Shown here piece by piece: positions 52,294 to 64,000 of a stretch of 64,000 nt of DNA. The stretch is from Hormiphora californensis. Its lineage: Eukaryota > Animalia > Ctenophora. The notes under the pieces are model-generated. The model was not told where the DNA came from. It ran no database searches and saw only the letters and a program-made list of their open reading frames with translations. The translations under genes and the position numbers were made by a program. The stretch is taken from positions 310,001 through 374,000 of the forward strand of contig CM035360.1 of NCBI GenBank assembly GCA_020137815.1, in the 5' to 3' direction. Every line of letters begins with the position of its first letter. Within the stretch, counting starts at the first letter, position 1.

Positions 52294-53175
52294 GATAGTG
52301 ATCAATTATAATCTGGACTCACCATCTTTGTTTTAAATTCGTGTTTCGGGGCCCACCTTTTAATCGCAGCGTGTGTGATGTATCATTTTCCATTGCTTCT
52401 ACGAGATCGGGACAATAATTTGAGATATATTATATTGCACCATTACTGAAGTTATAAAATCTATGCTACACAGTTGTACCCTGTCTGGCGGTTGGTTACG
52501 AAGTCACCCCTTAAGTCGCCACTGGGGCGCTCGCGCGGAGGGGTAATTTCATTACCAAGTCTGGCGGTGCCTGTTTTGAATTTGTGCTCAGATCGGGTCG
52601 ACTCAGCCAGACGGGTTGCACGGAACATTAACGACCGTATGTTATTCATTAATAATGCTATCAACTTGATAATGTATATGCAATATACTGAACTTTATAG
52701 ACTTGAGTGTGTTCTGTAAAGTTTATTAAGTTTAAATACTAAATATCTGAGTCTTCTATTCGTTTCTGTGGAAAGCGCGAAAAGATCTTTGTTACGATGC
52801 CTGAATTGCGCGGCGCGTTCAAAAGTTTTGTTGGTCGCGCGCGACACAAAAAAACAACTGTCGTTCGTGTTTTTTTTTCGCTTCGTGATTTTTTTTTCGC
52901 TTCGTGATTTCTTCTCCCTCTTTCTTTTCTTCTCAGTTGGTTCAACCCACTTGGTACGCGTTTTGAAATTTGAGGGCCACTGAAACAAGGGACTCTAGTG
53001 TAGGACTACTCAGGAGCTTACGCCCTACAGGGGCGTAGTGTCCAGGCCCTGGACTCCAGTGCGAAAGCCTGGGTCTGCCAGACTCAGGGTCACCCCAACC
53101 ACGTGTATGAGGGTGAGGCGACGAGGAGTCTATTCCACATTTTACAATTTATTTATGCATATTCCTCACTATTAG

Positions 53176-56100
53176 ATGTCTGATGATGTCTTTACCATTG
53201 GGAGAAAGTTGGATTCAATTATAAAGGACAAGGATTACAATGAAGACAATGTGACTGATCTACTGAAGGCCCTGCAAAGCCTTCCCATGACCCTTGACAT
53301 GCTGGAGGTGAGCCATTTACACTGCAGTTAATCCTCGATTTACCGGGGCTGGATAAATGCACAGTAAATCGAGGTGTGGCTGTTGTAAGCTAGCAAACCT
53401 AATAATTTAGTTGTCCCATTTATCTTTTTCCAAAAAAACTTTATCAGATTTAAAACGACTTCAAATTAATAAAAAAAACATCCCTTTTTCAGAAAACCCG
53501 GGTTGGTCTCTCCGTGAATACGATACGAAAGAGAACACAGAACCCCGAGCTGGCATCCCTTTCAAAAACCCTGGTTAAACGGTGGAAGAAGCTTGTTCCC
53601 GTTGTTACTACCACAACCAGTCGTCCTAAGGAAACTATTAAATCAGAAGAGAAAATGGAACAGGTTGGAAGAGATTTGTATACAAAACTTACAAATACAA
53701 ACAAACACGAGTGTTTTAACAGAAAACGGGGGGGGGGGGGGATCCCATGGTATACTTTGGTATACTTTGGCACTTTCCACAACTTTTTCAGCGATTTTCC
53801 ATATACCAAAGTATACCAAAGTATACCAAGGTGTACCAAAGTATACCATAAAAATCTTGAAAATGGTAAAATTTAAGCGATAAAATAAAATAATTGACTA
53901 AATTTGTAAAACTACATCCATATTTCGTTATAAATTGGTAATATAAAGCTTATTAAACCAATTTTTACGTATATTACATCATCCGGCTAGTGCTCAAGGC
54001 TGGCCACTCAGTGGCAGGGTTCGATTCCCGGTGAAAAATTTTTGGAGACTTTACCAAATAATATTTGAACATTTTCTTGACTTTTTAAAAAGTTTCTTAT
54101 CATACTCAAATGGGTCCCAATTTGTCAAATCCCAGTTTTCTGACTCATCATTTTATAGGCAAAATATTTTTCCACTAGTCTATGAATTTAGCCTATTTAG
54201 CACCAATTTTATGAGTTAAGAAAGTTTATACAAAATGTTTTAAAGCCTTAACTATTGTAAATTAACACATTAAAGTACGTAAAGCTATTAAAAAGATATG
54301 GTATACTTTGAAACTTGAAACTTGAAACTTGAAAAATAATTAAGGCTATCAACAAAACATGACCACCTCTCAAGAACACACATTTAAAACTGACTTTATT
54401 TTACAGTGCAAAAGTTCGATTATTAGTTTAATAAAATTAAATAAAAAACTTAAACGCAATTCATTTTAACAAAATCTACGCCCAACACTCTCGTCTCTTC
54501 TTTCTTCAGGTGGCCGGAGTTTCGCGGACGCACCCTCTTCAATGTAGCGTAGGCATTAATGTAACATTATAAAGATAATGAAACAAGCGAGCAAGCTCGT
54601 GCCCATTGACCACACCACAGTGCCTAAGCACCAAGATTTAGTGTCACTCACAATGCCCATACAGTTCTATCGAATTTCCATCGACCTCCCATGGTCCAAT
54701 CCAACACTGAGTTGTTATTCGCCCGCACATACCCAGGTGATGGTGGCTCATCTGGAATTTGGGCCAGAAAAGCGCCTAGCTCGGACTTAAATTTCTCCAT
54801 CTCAGTCTGATCTCGGACCGGTTTAGGTAGGCAGTTCCATAGCTTAGGACCTCTGGTGGAAAAGGAGCGATCGTACAATGACTGGATTTTAGCAGACTTG
54901 GAAACAGGCGGAGCGGGTACCCTAGCCTTAAATCCGCAACGACCGGTATCTTCAATTATGATCCCAATGTCATTTGGTACTAGACTCATCCTTAGCTTGA
55001 ACATATAGATCATGAAATAACGTTCGTGGCGTCGCTGAATGGACATGAGATGCAAGTCCTTGAGTCTCTCCCAGTAGTTCAGGTTCTCCCATATTTGAAA
55101 TACGGGAGGTAAATGTTCGTTGTACCGACTCAACCAGCTGTATCTGGCCAATAGCTACTGGCGCCCATAGTGGGCTGCAATAGTCGAGTATTGATCGTAT
55201 GAGTGATTTGTACAGGGTAAGCATGACTGTTCTGTCACGACTTTTAAAGACGCTGAGTGTCCATCCACACGTCTGCCGAGCCCTGGATACAGTTCTTCCT
55301 ATGTGCTCCGACCACGTCATTCCAGCATCTACAATAACACCGAGGTCTCTAACCCATGGAGATGCTTCCAGGGTATGCCCGCTGTTAGTTGTGTATGTAG
55401 ATAGTTCAGCAAAGAACGGGAGCTGTTGCAGGAAGGAGTCTACCCTGATACGATGAGTGATCAGTTCATATTTCTTCTCATTCAAAAGCATATTGTTAGA
55501 CTCGGCCCACCGTGTTACAGCCGTTAGGTCTTCTTGTAAGAGAAGGCAGTCTGCTACTGTTGATATTCTCTTCCCCAGCCGCGTATCATCGGCAAACAGG
55601 CTGACAATGGAGTGTTTCACACAGTCTGGTAGGTCGTTCACAAAAATGAGAAATAGTAACGGCCCCAGGACAGTTCCTTGCGGGACTCCACTGATGATGA
55701 TTCTGACACCGGATTTTGTGCCAGAAACTACAACTGTCTGTGTCCGATCAGTCAGAAATGATTCGATCCACTTACAGACTCCCTCAGAGAATCCATACCG
55801 CCTCAGTTTCCTCATTAGCAGACGTAGATCCACCCGATCAAACGCCTTACTAAAATCCAAATAGATGGTATCCGCTTCAGCATTTTCAAACAAGCATTGA
55901 TACATCTGGTCATAGTGTGCAAGAAGCTGGCTGAGACATGACCGACCCCCTCGGAAGCCGTGCTGTTGGCTGGTGAACATATCGTTACTTTCTAGGAATT
56001 CCACCATATGGTCCCTCATTACTCTCTCATAGCATTTAACAACGTGGGAAGTCAGAGTAACTGGTCGGTAGTTACAAGCTCTGGCTTTGTCACCTTTTTT

Positions 56101-59100
56101 AAAAAGAGGGGTGACGTTTCCCTGCTTGTAGAACTTTGGGCAGATACCGGTAGTGAATGACTCGGCCCAGAGTAGGGTCAGCGGGGAAGAGAGTTCCTCA
56201 GCACATTCTTTCAGTAACATGGCCGGTACTCCATCAGGCCCAGGGCTCGAATCAGGTTTGAGCTCAGAGAGCGCCTTGAGCATAAGCTGAGGAGTAGGAG
56301 TAAGACAAGGTTCGGGAACTTTTATCTGAGGAGGGACGAAAGAAGGATCCACTACATCAGGGTTTAACGGATTGCTAAAGTTTAGACAGAACTGATCCTG
56401 TAGTATATCAGCAATACTCTGGTCACTGGAAGTCAGTTCGTCATCAAACCCGTACATAAGAGGAATCCGGGAGCGTGACTTCGAGAATGACTTAGCATAC
56501 GAGTAAAAGTAATTCGGCTGGACCTTGATTCTCTGCACAGCTGCGTCTTCCTTTCGCTGACGGTCCTCCACCATTATCAGTTCTATTTGAGACATCACGG
56601 CTTCAATCTCTTTCCCCACTTCAACAGCTTTATCCACTTCACCCTTCTCTATTAGTGCATTTTGCCTGGCAAGTAGCTTAGGCTTTCGTCTACGGAGTCC
56701 ATTGTACGCTCTGGGCCTCTTGGTTGTAGTCTTTTTGAGAGGAACATGTTTCTTGCAGATTTCCAGAAGCTTAGCTGTAAAGATTTCAGGGAACTCCTCA
56801 AAAGTAGTGCAGCTGTCACGAAGCTGCTGCCAGTTGAAGTCAGAGATTGCCTCTTTCAGGTTCACGAAGTCTGCCTTGCGGAAATTGAGGGAATGGAAAC
56901 TATCTTCACAGAAGTTTAGACGTTTCCGTGGGTGAGGGCTGCCAGGGTTGTAGCTGAGAACAGCCTGAACAATCTGGTGGTCGGAGATGCTGCTATCTGG
57001 TGGGAATACCGATATGCTGCCAACAAGTTGTGTATCGTTGGTGAAGAATAAGTCAAGAATGTTCTCCCCCCTCGTGGGCTCAAGTACATGCTGAGTAAGA
57101 AAATTGTCCTCCGCAAATCTGAGTAACGGGTTTACCCCAACATCAACTGTATCTTTCCCACTGGCAGAGAGCTCGATCCAGTTAATACCCGGTGAGTTAA
57201 AGTCCCCGGATAAGAAGAAGTCGCAGTTGTCTGGTAATGTGGATTGGTACTGGTTGACGAATGCTAAAACTGCACAAGTACTCTTTACTGAAGCGTTGGG
57301 AGGGCGGTATACGACTGCAACAGCAGCATTGATGGTTTCAAATACACAGAAGGTAGCCTCACAAACTCCGTCGTCAAACAGATAGCTGGCTGAGATAGGG
57401 ATAGAATCCGCTGAGTATAGAAGTACCCCACCGCCAACACGGCCAGATCTATCCGACCGGGTGACGTTGTAACCCGGTATTACGATCTGTTCATTACAAT
57501 GGAATCCTTTAAGCCAAGTTTCCGTGACACACACAAATGATGCCGTGATACCAGACTTAGCCTGCTCATCGATGAAGAGTTCAAGTTTTTCCGTTTTAGT
57601 CTTTGACTTACTCCATGCACTGGGGTTCATCCCTTGAATGTTCAAACTTATGATGCTTGCTCTCGACTCTGTCTCCTGGCTTGTCTGACCATGAACATGG
57701 CATGTCGGTCTGCTTTGCAGAGGTCTCGGTTGATATACTGTCCCGACTCCGTCTTCTTTCCCCTCCCATTCATCGAGTAAAAATTCGCCGTTTTCTCATC
57801 CTTCATTTTGATTATCAGGGGGCGAGGACCTTGTTCAGCCGAAGGAGGATCTCCAGCTCGGAATACTTTGGTACTTTCCACATAATTTTTTGGGATTTTC
57901 CATATACCAAAGTATACCACAGTATACCATGGGATCCCCCCCAGAAAACAAATGTTTCACTACCAGCGGTAGATCATCAGCGGAACTGATGATCTACCGC
58001 TGGTAGTGAAACATTTGTTTTCTGTTAAAACACTCGTGTTTGTTTGTATTTGTACAGTACTCCAGGAAAATATCATTGCCCTGTCGAGTTCTCCTGAGGA
58101 CACAATCCCCACAAATCACAGTGATATACAAAACTTAAATATTTGATAAAATTAAGTTTAGTTTATCTTCCCACTCATCAGTCACCAATCCACTGTTCTA
58201 CCCTCCATTCTCTGTAACACCACTTCTTACCAGACTCGGGAAGAAGATACGGGCAGTGTTTCACCTAAAGAGGAGCCCTATCCAGAGGGAGTTGAGGACC
58301 TACAGGATCCCGTCAGGTATTAAGTGCGGGGGAGATAGAGAGAGTTCTGAGCAAGAAAGATAATTTAACGGTTGTGGACAGCATAGTGAAAAAGACTATA
58401 GGATTGGGACTTCCGATTGTTGTTTTTGATTAGCAGTCCTCCCTTATAATTTAAAGGTTTATATCATTTAACTTCAGGAACAAGTGTCGGGACCTACTGT
58501 ACAATGCAATGAAGAAACGGCGGGTTGATGAACGAACAACCCCTGCTAATGTTCTTCAAATTGCAAGTGAAATCGAAAAGTGTATTTTTAATGAAATGAG
58601 AGGAACGAATATGAAGTATAAAAACAGGATTAGGAGCAGGGTATCCAACTTGGGAGACGAGAAAAACCCTGACTTTATTGCTCTCGTTTTGAGTGGGAAG
58701 GTGTCACCAGATATGGTAGCCAAAATGTCACCCGAGGTAAACCTGCTGTGTTTTGTAGCTCCTATTACTTATTTATTTTCTGCCCTTTTCCTCCCACGGA
58801 GGGCTGGCAGACAGTCTGAACAACTCTGAACAACTATCCCACGCACCCCTTCGCAGCATGAATAAGACAGTCCTCCCCCATCAACAACCCAATCCCCTCC
58901 TTCTCCCCCATCTGATAACTCAATCTCTTCCTTTCCTCTATCTGTGCTCTGACAACTCAATCTCCCCACCAACAACTCCCTCCCTTCCCTCAGGAAATGG
59001 CAAGTCAGAAAATGAAGGACAAGAGGAGTGAATACCAGAAGGAGGCGATCAGAGAGGCTCAGATCCCTCTGACAGGGGGTAGTAAAACCAACCTGTTAAC

Positions 59101-59443
59101 GTGTGGAAAGTGCAAGAAGAATGAGGTGTTGTATAACCAGCTTCAGACCAGGAGTGCTGATGAACCCATGACTACGTTTTGTGTGTGTGAGAACTGTGGC
59201 CATCGGTGGAAGGTAAGGAAATGGGGGAGGGGGTTACAATTTGGGGTTTTGATGTCTTAAAGTTGTTTCTTTTAGTTGGGTTTATTCGTACACCCGCGAG
59301 ACTGTTATAAAGTTAAAACTTCTTTCTCCTTTCTAGTTCCTTTTTGTGTTCTCCTAATTACCCCTCCGACGACCCTGTTTTTCTCCTTTCTAGACTCTTG
59401 TGTCTTGTGTTCTCCTAATCCCCGTTTTCCCCAGTTCTGTTGA
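53176..59443 (+). CDS. TCEA1: Transcription elongation factor TFIIS
   Basis: Exons 53176-53307, 53493-53663, 58234-58316, 58478-58736, 58994-59212, 59435-59443; [59 protein letters not shown]. Confidence 0.96.
53728..57941. mobile_element. Merlin- or MULE-like non-autonomous DNA transposon (GG...CC ends, 8-bp TSD) that hosts a LINE
   Basis: TIR GGGGGGATCCCATGGTATACT; subterminal GGTATACTTT repeats; TSD CAGAAAAC (53720-53727, 57942-57949). Confidence 0.7.
54311..57862 (-). mobile_element. 5'-truncated CR1-type non-LTR retrotransposon (ORF1 C-terminus plus APE-RT ORF2)
   Basis: ORF1 remnant PRPLII...YINRDL. ORF2 57645-54648 has APE motifs (NIQG, VTETW, YRPP, GDFN, LDL, SDH) and RT motifs ([22 protein letters not shown]), with one frameshift near 55090. 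(CAAGTTT)n 3' tail; ATACTTTG on both flanks. Confidence 0.93.
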
Positions 59444-60009
59444 AGATACAACAAACCAACAACACAGAACAAGAACTGAATAGCACCAGGATTTCAGCGC
59501 GGGAGAGAGAGTATTTAGCAAGAGACAGAATTACAGAATTACCCCTTGAGAATATCAGTAGGGGGTGAAATACATAGATATAGAGCCCAAACCATCGGGC
59601 TAAGATCTATAATATATTACCAACATTTCTATTTGTAACATTTATAATAATATCACCAATTGTTACTAATGTTGGTCCCAGTGTGAGAGGTGGTTATATA
59701 CCCAATTGACACCAAATTATTGTTTAATACTGTTTGACAACAATACAACTGAAATTATCAGAGTTTTACTATCCGTATCCCCTTCCAAAAGAAACACTGT
59801 TTATTATTTTCAGCTGAACAATTTTCAGTTAATAAATTAACACCCTGTATCTGACCAATAAACCTCACTAACTTTGTATCTCTAACCAATAATCATCTCT
59901 GACTCACTCTGTATCTAACCAATAAACATCTCTGACTAACTCTAAATCTCTGACTCACTCTGTATCTAACCAATAAACATCTCTGACTAACTCTGTATCA
60001 CTAAATAGG

Positions 60010-61456
60010 ATGTTGAGCTGTTCTCGAGTGCTAACCCGGCAGATCACGGGAGCTGGGGCCCGATCCCTCCTTGCCGCTAACAGGAGTATTCACACAACCC
60101 TGGTGACCAAGGATGAAACCACTTCTCACGGTGCTCTCCTGACTGCTGCAGAGGGCATGAGGGTCATCCCAACCCGGGGCCAAGCTGCTAAAGAGAAACT
60201 CTACATGTTCATCCAGGTATGTATAACTTCTCCTACTACATGTCCTTCTTTAGCTAACCCCTACTACTCCTACTTGAAAGGCTACTTCTTTTCATTTGAG
60301 TAGTACCCAATCGATATGATATAATCAATATTTGATGATTATGGAAATTTCCCAAGCTGTGTTTTTGTGCACATTTTTGTACACAATGCAACTTGCAGTA
60401 CACGCAGCACTGCGTGTGTGACGCCCGGGAAAGTTCGATAGTGGTGGCGCGGCTATTGCTAGTTTTTGGTGCTGCGCGACATGATAAACCGCGCTACTGC
60501 TAGCATTTGTGTGCGTTGCTAGCCCCCAGAATCCGTCCCAGAGTCCGAGACACTTTCCTGGTTCCAAGATTTAACTTGCCTTGCCCCTCTCCTCCCCTAC
60601 GGGTTTAAACAAAATTGGGTGGCCTTTTTGACCATCTAACTACGACCTTTTTACAGGACCTGTGCAAGCAGAACCTTGGAGAGGATGGATACAAATACTT
60701 CCCCTTTGCTCTCGGTCTTTTCACCACTATTGGAGCATGCAACGTCGCCAACCTCCTGCCCTACGTTGAGATGCCAACTCAGGTTAGAAGCAGATACACA
60801 CTTAATTATTATTCCACGATTTTAAATCGATCTTTAGACTTAACTTGCCTTACTCGACCCTCTCTCCCGGCGGAGGGTTAGAACATAACAACTCTTAACT
60901 TGTTTACTCACAAACAAATCATTACAGATTATCGGTTGCACAGTTGCCATGAGTACTACCCTGATCGCTGGTCTGACAATCAAGTGTATCGCCAAACACA
61001 AGCTCGACTTTGCCTCCTTCTTCTTCCCTCCTGGTGCCCCTGTTGGTCTCGCTCCCCTTCTAGTCCCTGTCGAGACGGTGAGTCCATAAACTTTATCTTT
61101 TGTTAATTTTTGATTATTTCCATAAATTTTACCTTTGTTTGTTTTTAAACTCTGTTAAGATAATCTTCTCTAACACCCTTCTTCCTTCTCAGATCTCATT
61201 CTTCTCCCGGGCTGTCTCTCTAGGAGTTCGATTGGGTGCCAACCTGACTGCCGGACACATGATCATGCACATCATCTCTGATTTCGGTGCCCAGATGCTC
61301 GCCAGTGGAACTATCGGAGGTGGAATTGGTGGGGCATTCTGCTGCGCTGCCCTGGTGCCCATTACCATTTTGGAGATGGCTGTGGCGTGTGTACAGGCCT
61401 ATGTGTTCTGTATGTTGACCACTATGTACATGAAGGATGCTCATGAGCTCCATTAG
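60010..61456 (+). CDS. ATP6: Nucleus-encoded ATP synthase Fo subunit a (ATP6) with a mitochondrial targeting presequence, 248 aa
   Basis: Exons 60010-60216, 60657-60782, 60928-61077, 61193-61456 (all phase 0). R/S/L-rich acid-free N-terminus; IPTRGQ, YFPF..LF...N..LLPY, [52 protein letters not shown]. Confidence 0.95.
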
Positions 61457-62626
61457 AGACAGATAAAAAGGACAAAGGAGAGATGTGTGTTTGTCAAAGT
61501 CTGGAAAATAAGTTATTGATTTGAAATGTGTGTTTTCTACCTGTTTAGTTCGCCCATTCCAGATAGATCCGAGTCCTTGTATTTGTTTCTAAACTTTCCC
61601 ATGTGCAAGATTGTCGACCGCTCCTTGTCAGCGCCAAAAGTCACGCGCAAATATAAAACGCGCTTGCCGCGCACGCAATTTTCGTGGAATTTCAAAATTT
61701 CAGGAAATTCGATACGAATTTTCAAGTTTCAGTCTTCAGACTTCAGTTGGCATGCGCTGCTGCAGACCCCTAGTGCGTGCGTTTTCCATGGCTTCTGCAG
61801 CGTTGGCCAAAACAGCGGCTTGCCCCCTACGCCCCATCGGAACTAGACTCCTGACCGAGTCTTTCACCCCATACCCATTCTGTTAAGGGGGCGAACGCGA
61901 GTCGCGACTGACAGCCACGTTTGTCGCACCGAGTTACGATTGACCGCACTGGACAGGAAGGGGCATTGTTTGACCACCCCTAACCCCATATCTTTTCCAA
62001 ACATTTTCAAAATTGATGAACAGTTACTTAATTTTGCTGTCCCTGGGCCCTGCTACAAGCGGTGGCTCTGCCCGGACCCCCTCGCTAGCATCGTCCCGAA
62101 AACCAGTAACGTGGGTTAAGGGTTTGAACAAAACTGGCCACTGCATGACCATGTCATGAAGTGGATTAGTATAAGTATTAAATTATCTGGAAAATTGTGT
62201 GCTCATTATAATCCTGAATCCGCGTCTAGCAGCTAGCTGGGCATTGTTCTTCTTCTTCTTCGTTGTTAGTCAATTTAGTTGATCATCACCATTTATTCAC
62301 AACCCATACACTTTATTCACATGTTTCACAACCCATACACTCTTCACGCCACTACTGATATCAGATATAATGACTTACAATATCTGTGTCTCAGTAAACA
62401 GTCTCTGTCTCTCAATATGCAGTATATCTCTGTGTCTCAGTATCTCTCTGTCTCTCAATATATGCAGTATATCTCTCAGTCCCCCTTCCACATCTCTCTC
62501 CTCACACACTTGTACGCTGTCTTATCATTGCATACTGTGACAAACTGTTATCAGCTTCTTATAACGCATAGTCGCATTCGCTGTTCTCTTATCCATGTAT
62601 TTTACATATCCAGAACGCCCGCTATA

Positions 62627-62706
62627 CTGTCAGGCCATTGCTCTGACCACAGTTCTCGCGCGCTATTTGAGAGAAGCGAGAATGGGTCAGGCCAATGCTC
62701 TGACAG
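62627..62706. mobile_element. 80-bp MITE (CTGTCAGGCC family), 8-bp TSD
   Basis: CCGCTATA on both sides; homologous to 15225-15295. Confidence 0.85.
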
Positions 62707-62906
62707 CCGCTATATATGCTTTCCACTGACCCCACAAGATTGTTCTCTTTTACCTAGTAGAAAACTGTCTCTAGCTCTATATGTGAAAGGGGCATGTCTT
62801 TTGCACGATCCGAGCGGAAGGTCGCAACAGGTATGTTATTGTTGTTGTTATTGTTGTAGGACTTGGTGACGCAGTCCCCCCTCCACTAGGGCCGCGCGAA
62901 GCCGGG

Positions 62907-63110
62907 ATGTCATCACCAACTGTAGGACCCCCACTTCTGGGGTTCACGTCGTCCCCTGGACCCCTGAGTGATTTACAACACCTTGCAACAGGTATAACAC
63001 CTAAAAAGGTGAAAGGAGAGAGCAGGAATGATAGTGAGATTGAGAACACGGTTAAGAACACACTTCACAGTGCCTGGACTCCTACAAAGGGAGGAACACT
63101 AAACAATCAG
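62907..63110 (+). CDS. Possible first coding exon of a gene that runs beyond the window
   Basis: Acceptor ttgtAG at ~62858, ATG at 62907, S/T/P-rich frame ending at CAG|GTTGG; no family recognised. Confidence 0.3.
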
Positions 63111-64000
63111 GTTGGTTCTTATCTTACTACACCAACAATACAAATTACAACTTGGTTCATTTCTCACTGTTTCAATTAGACCTTTTTTAGATCTTTTAAT
63201 CACCTCCTTTTTCCATTTCTATCCCTCTGTTCACGTGTCCTTGTTTCTTATTCGTTCTCCCTATATGCATTGTGTGTACACGACTGTGTGCCTGCAAAAA
63301 GAGAGTGTGTGCTTTCATCGGGCAGTGTAACTGTCATCACCTTCTTCTACACTGGGAGGGAGGGAGGGAGATGGAGGGATGGGAGGGAGAGAGATGGGGG
63401 AGAGATGGTGAGAGAGATGGGAGAGAGAGGGAGCAACATCAAAGAATAAAGGGAGAGAGATGGGGGAGAGGGAGAACTCATACACAGAAATAAAGGACAC
63501 ATATATTAGTCGGACAGTAGTGAGTAATTATTAGGCACTATAGCTACTACAAAAATCTCAGTTATACCTGAGGCTGCCGATGAAATTCTCCCTTTCCTTC
63601 TGGAAAAGTTCCCACCCCCAATCAGTGATAATCAGTTTGTGTGTGAAATTGAGTGGTGATTATCTGCAAGCAACAAAAACATGGTCTAATTGTACCTCCC
63701 ACACTGTAATTGAGTACGTGGGAAACTCTCCGGAGCTGCGATATCCGATCTCAAGACATAAAAACAAAATTGGGGTCTTCAAATTGGAAACAAGACCCTA
63801 ATATACATAGTGCGAGTATCAGCCAAACTCTCAACTTCAGCACTGATTCTCAGCAAAATTGAGACGTACTATAATACGGTCTTGATTGGTCTTACGAAAC
63901 GTCTCCCGTTACAAAGATTGATATACTAGATGGGGTATTATTATGTTAATTGGAATGTTACCATGGTAACATATAATTGGTTGGTGCATATATCACGCTA

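Larger units (their letters stand above)
53690..58054. mobile_element. ~150-bp palindromic MITE split by a later insertion
   Basis: 53690-53727 joined to 57950-57980 forms the left arm of a hairpin whose right arm is 57986-58054. Confidence 0.75.

Noticed and set aside
53984-54035. tRNA or SINE (B-box GGTTCGATTCC)
   Set aside because: No convincing A-box or cloverleaf; it lies inside a DNA-transposon remnant.
60010-61456. NUMT (dead mitochondrial insertion)
   Set aside because: Spliceosomal introns, a presequence, standard code and an intact frame indicate a functional nuclear gene.
62279-62869. 196-aa ORF
   Set aside because: Runs through short tandem repeats and a MITE, starts at TTG and has no protein-like features.

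Overview
Intron-rich eukaryotic DNA, very probably from a ctenophore (comb jelly). The main evidence is a spliced, nucleus-encoded ATP synthase subunit a (ATP6) with a mitochondrial presequence (60010-61456), which is a known ctenophore trait; nested genes and acceptor sites just before start codons fit the same lineage. By manual exon stitching the window holds about 14 genes. These are an uncharacterised tandemly duplicated gene; an NRBP pseudokinase (21 kb) with an SLC22 transporter and a PDI nested antisense in its introns; KLHDC10-like, FKBP9/10-like and ZC2HC1-like genes; an intronless BTB-plus-TM gene; SmD3; a SYCE2-like gene; an ESCO acetyltransferase with an atypical thioredoxin nested antisense; TFIIS; and ATP6. 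Introns hold many non-autonomous DNA transposons with readable TSDs (hAT-, Harbinger-, Tc1/mariner-, Transib-, Academ- and Merlin-like) plus one CR1-type LINE. The least-explained signals are: (i) recurrent tandem duplications that straddle splice sites; (ii) a ~45-65 bp same-strand intronic motif (TTGCCTTG..GACCCT..GGAGGGTTAGAACA) at about 7 sites; (iii) a TIR element with a 14-16 bp flanking duplication; (iv) a splice acceptor within 0-17 nt of the ATG in 11 genes. Several single-base frameshifts in homopolymers and garbled GA-rich sequence at 1.9-4.3 kb suggest consensus errors. Family assignments come from motif recognition only; no searches were run.
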